From positions 1 to 20,797 of the forward strand of contig NW_021823896.1 in the NCBI RefSeq assembly GCF_006345805.1: a DNA stretch of 20,797 nt, given 5' to 3'. The translations under genes and the position numbers were made by a program. The first letter of the stretch is position 1. Every line of letters starts with the position of its first letter. This stretch comes from Octopus sinensis (taxonomy: Eukaryota). The notes beneath the pieces were generated by a model. It saw only the letters and a list, made by a program, of their open reading frames with translations. It was not told where the DNA came from and ran no database searches. Below are positions 19,155 through 20,797 of this stretch, in pieces.

Positions 19155-20414
19155 CGAGGGTAAGTCAAAAATTACACGCACTCTTGTGTAATTTATTAAA
19201 ACCAAAACAAAGGTTGAACAATTACATCATTTTTCGATATAGTCTCCTTAATTTTCGATGCAGTTTTTCTGGCGCTCAACAAGCTTGCTTAGTTCATCAA
19301 CAAAAAAGGTTTTTCGGTTGGTCATGTAGTCATTTATGCACCGTTTCTTGTGCCTCTTCATCCGTAACAATTCGGCGACCTTGTAAAGGATGCTTGAGAA
19401 GCCCAATGAGGTGATAGTTGAAAGGGGCGAGATCTTAACTGTATGTAGGGTGTTGCAGAAATTCGATACCGAATGCTTTAACGGTGCGGGCGGCCGTATG
19501 TCAGCCTGCATTGTCATGCAATAACGACACTTTCTTTGACGATAGAGCTCGACATTTGGTGCGAATTGTTGGTTTCAGTTTGTTGGCCAGCATTCCACAG
19601 TAGCCCTGCATTGTGACTGTGACCCCTATTTCAGGTAACGTTCCAGTATTCTCCAAAAAGGTTCGTATCACTTTTTCCTGGGGACGGTTGAGTCTTGAAT
19701 TTCTTTTTCGCTAGTGATTCTGAATGTTTCACCTCCATACTCTGCCTTTTGGATTCTGGCTCAAATTGATGGAGCCATGTCTCATCTTGTGTGAATATTC
19801 TCTCAAACAAAAGCTTCACTTTCATCGTTGTAGCGGTTGAGTAAGCGTTGACAGAGCTCAACACGATTGCGCTCATGGCTTCAATAAGTTCTCTTGGAGC
19901 CCATCTGGCACGAAGCTTGTTGGGAATGATTTCGTATGTAAAACCAAGACTAATTTGCAGAGAACGTGCAACTTCATCGACAGCCATATGTCAGTACACC
20001 AGAACCATTTCTCGAGCTTGTTAAATCTTCAGGTTAGTGGTGGTGATTGATGGGCGGCCTGTTCCCTCTTCGTGCTTCACGCTTCTCCGACCATTTTTAA
20101 GCTTCTCGATCCACTCATACATACTTCTATGCAATAGAGCGTTGTCAATGTATTGTACTGAAAACCTGCGACGAATTTCAGCCCTCGACACCTTCAAACC
20201 AGAGAAACCGGATCAATTTTTCCTTGGTGCTCGCTGCCAGCAGAGCGGTCATGTTTACTCTGTAAATCAAGAAGAAAACTGGAGCGATCAAAGTCAAACC
20301 TCGTCTATGTAACCACACGGGCGCCTCCTTTTGCACGCGAGCGCTGAAGGCAATGTAGTCAACCTCAAGAAACTTTTTGGCAAAAATACAGATAATTTGT
20401 TACTTCCCCTTACG
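19155..20414 (-). mobile_element. Full-length decayed mariner (DD34D-type) transposon; transposase pseudogene
   Basis: ~1.26 kb with degenerate TIRs: CGAGGGTAAGTCAAAAATTA at the left end versus reverse complement CGTAAGGGGAAGTAACAAATTA at the right. Motifs include ARWAPREL (cf. WVPHEL), IFTQDETWLHQFEPESKRQS, LLHDNA (HDNA at 19507-19518) and HPTYS*DLAPFNYH (19411-19452; cf. YSPDLAPxD). Stops and frameshifts are present. Confidence 0.93.
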
Positions 20415-20454
20415 TATATACGACTGGCTTCCATACTCTTTTCGTCTAGAAAAT

Positions 20455-20570
20455 TCGCTCACAAAGCATTGCTTGGCCCAGTGCTATGTTACCCAAGGTG
20501 CTGCGCAGTGGGACTCAACCCGAAACCTCGTGGCTGCAAAGCTAGTTTCTTAACCATACAACCATATCAG
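20455..20570 (-). mobile_element. SINE family B, old 5' fragment
   Basis: CCCAAGGTGCTGCGCAGTGGGACTCAACCC...CTTAACCATACAACCA. Confidence 0.7.
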
Positions 20571-20797
20571 AGCACACAGCCGAAAAGCTCTTTTAAAACA
20601 TTATCCTCTTTTGTCTTATTTCAATGTAAAGGTCAGGTGGCCGAGTCGATAAGATACCGGTCATTTGGTTTCAGCGTTTAGTTGTTCGTATCCCTTAACT
20701 CTCATTGGTTAGTTCTCGATATTGTTGCGTAGTAGAGACCGTAGATTGGTATGATTCATTGTTGCCATTAGTGAAACTGCCAGAAAAGAAAATTGTA

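Noticed and set aside
19631-19987. Active or domesticated mariner transposase
   Set aside because: In-frame stop in the YSPDL motif, third catalytic Asp changed to Asn, frameshifts and degenerate TIRs.

Overview
Eukaryotic, AT-rich DNA saturated with microsatellites. The repeat content most resembles an octopod cephalopod (Octopus-type) genome; this is recall-based and not verified. No intact protein-coding gene is visible. Most listed ORFs are artefacts of simple repeats or SINEs, and only the fragments at 1511-1976 and 19248-19987 are real, decayed transposase. Three tRNA-derived SINE families dominate, here called A, B and C. The window also holds a degenerate pogo/Tigger transposon (~1515-2390, -), a full-length decayed mariner (19155-20414, -), a 614-bp MULE-like MITE with a 9-bp TSD and a 139-bp Tc1/mariner-type MITE. 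Islands of unique sequence suggest two divergently transcribed genes: a CpG-rich E2F/CHR/CCAAT/NRF1 promoter at ~6244-6345 with a candidate minus-strand exon ending at 4355, and a candidate plus-strand exon pair around intron 9308-9670. The most striking observation is the modular architecture of SINE family A. It occurs as TSD-bounded monomers with either of two 3' tails and as TSD-bounded trimers (head-X-X-Y). The trimer units are fused at a fixed palindromic junction and carry position-specific variants shared between independent insertions.
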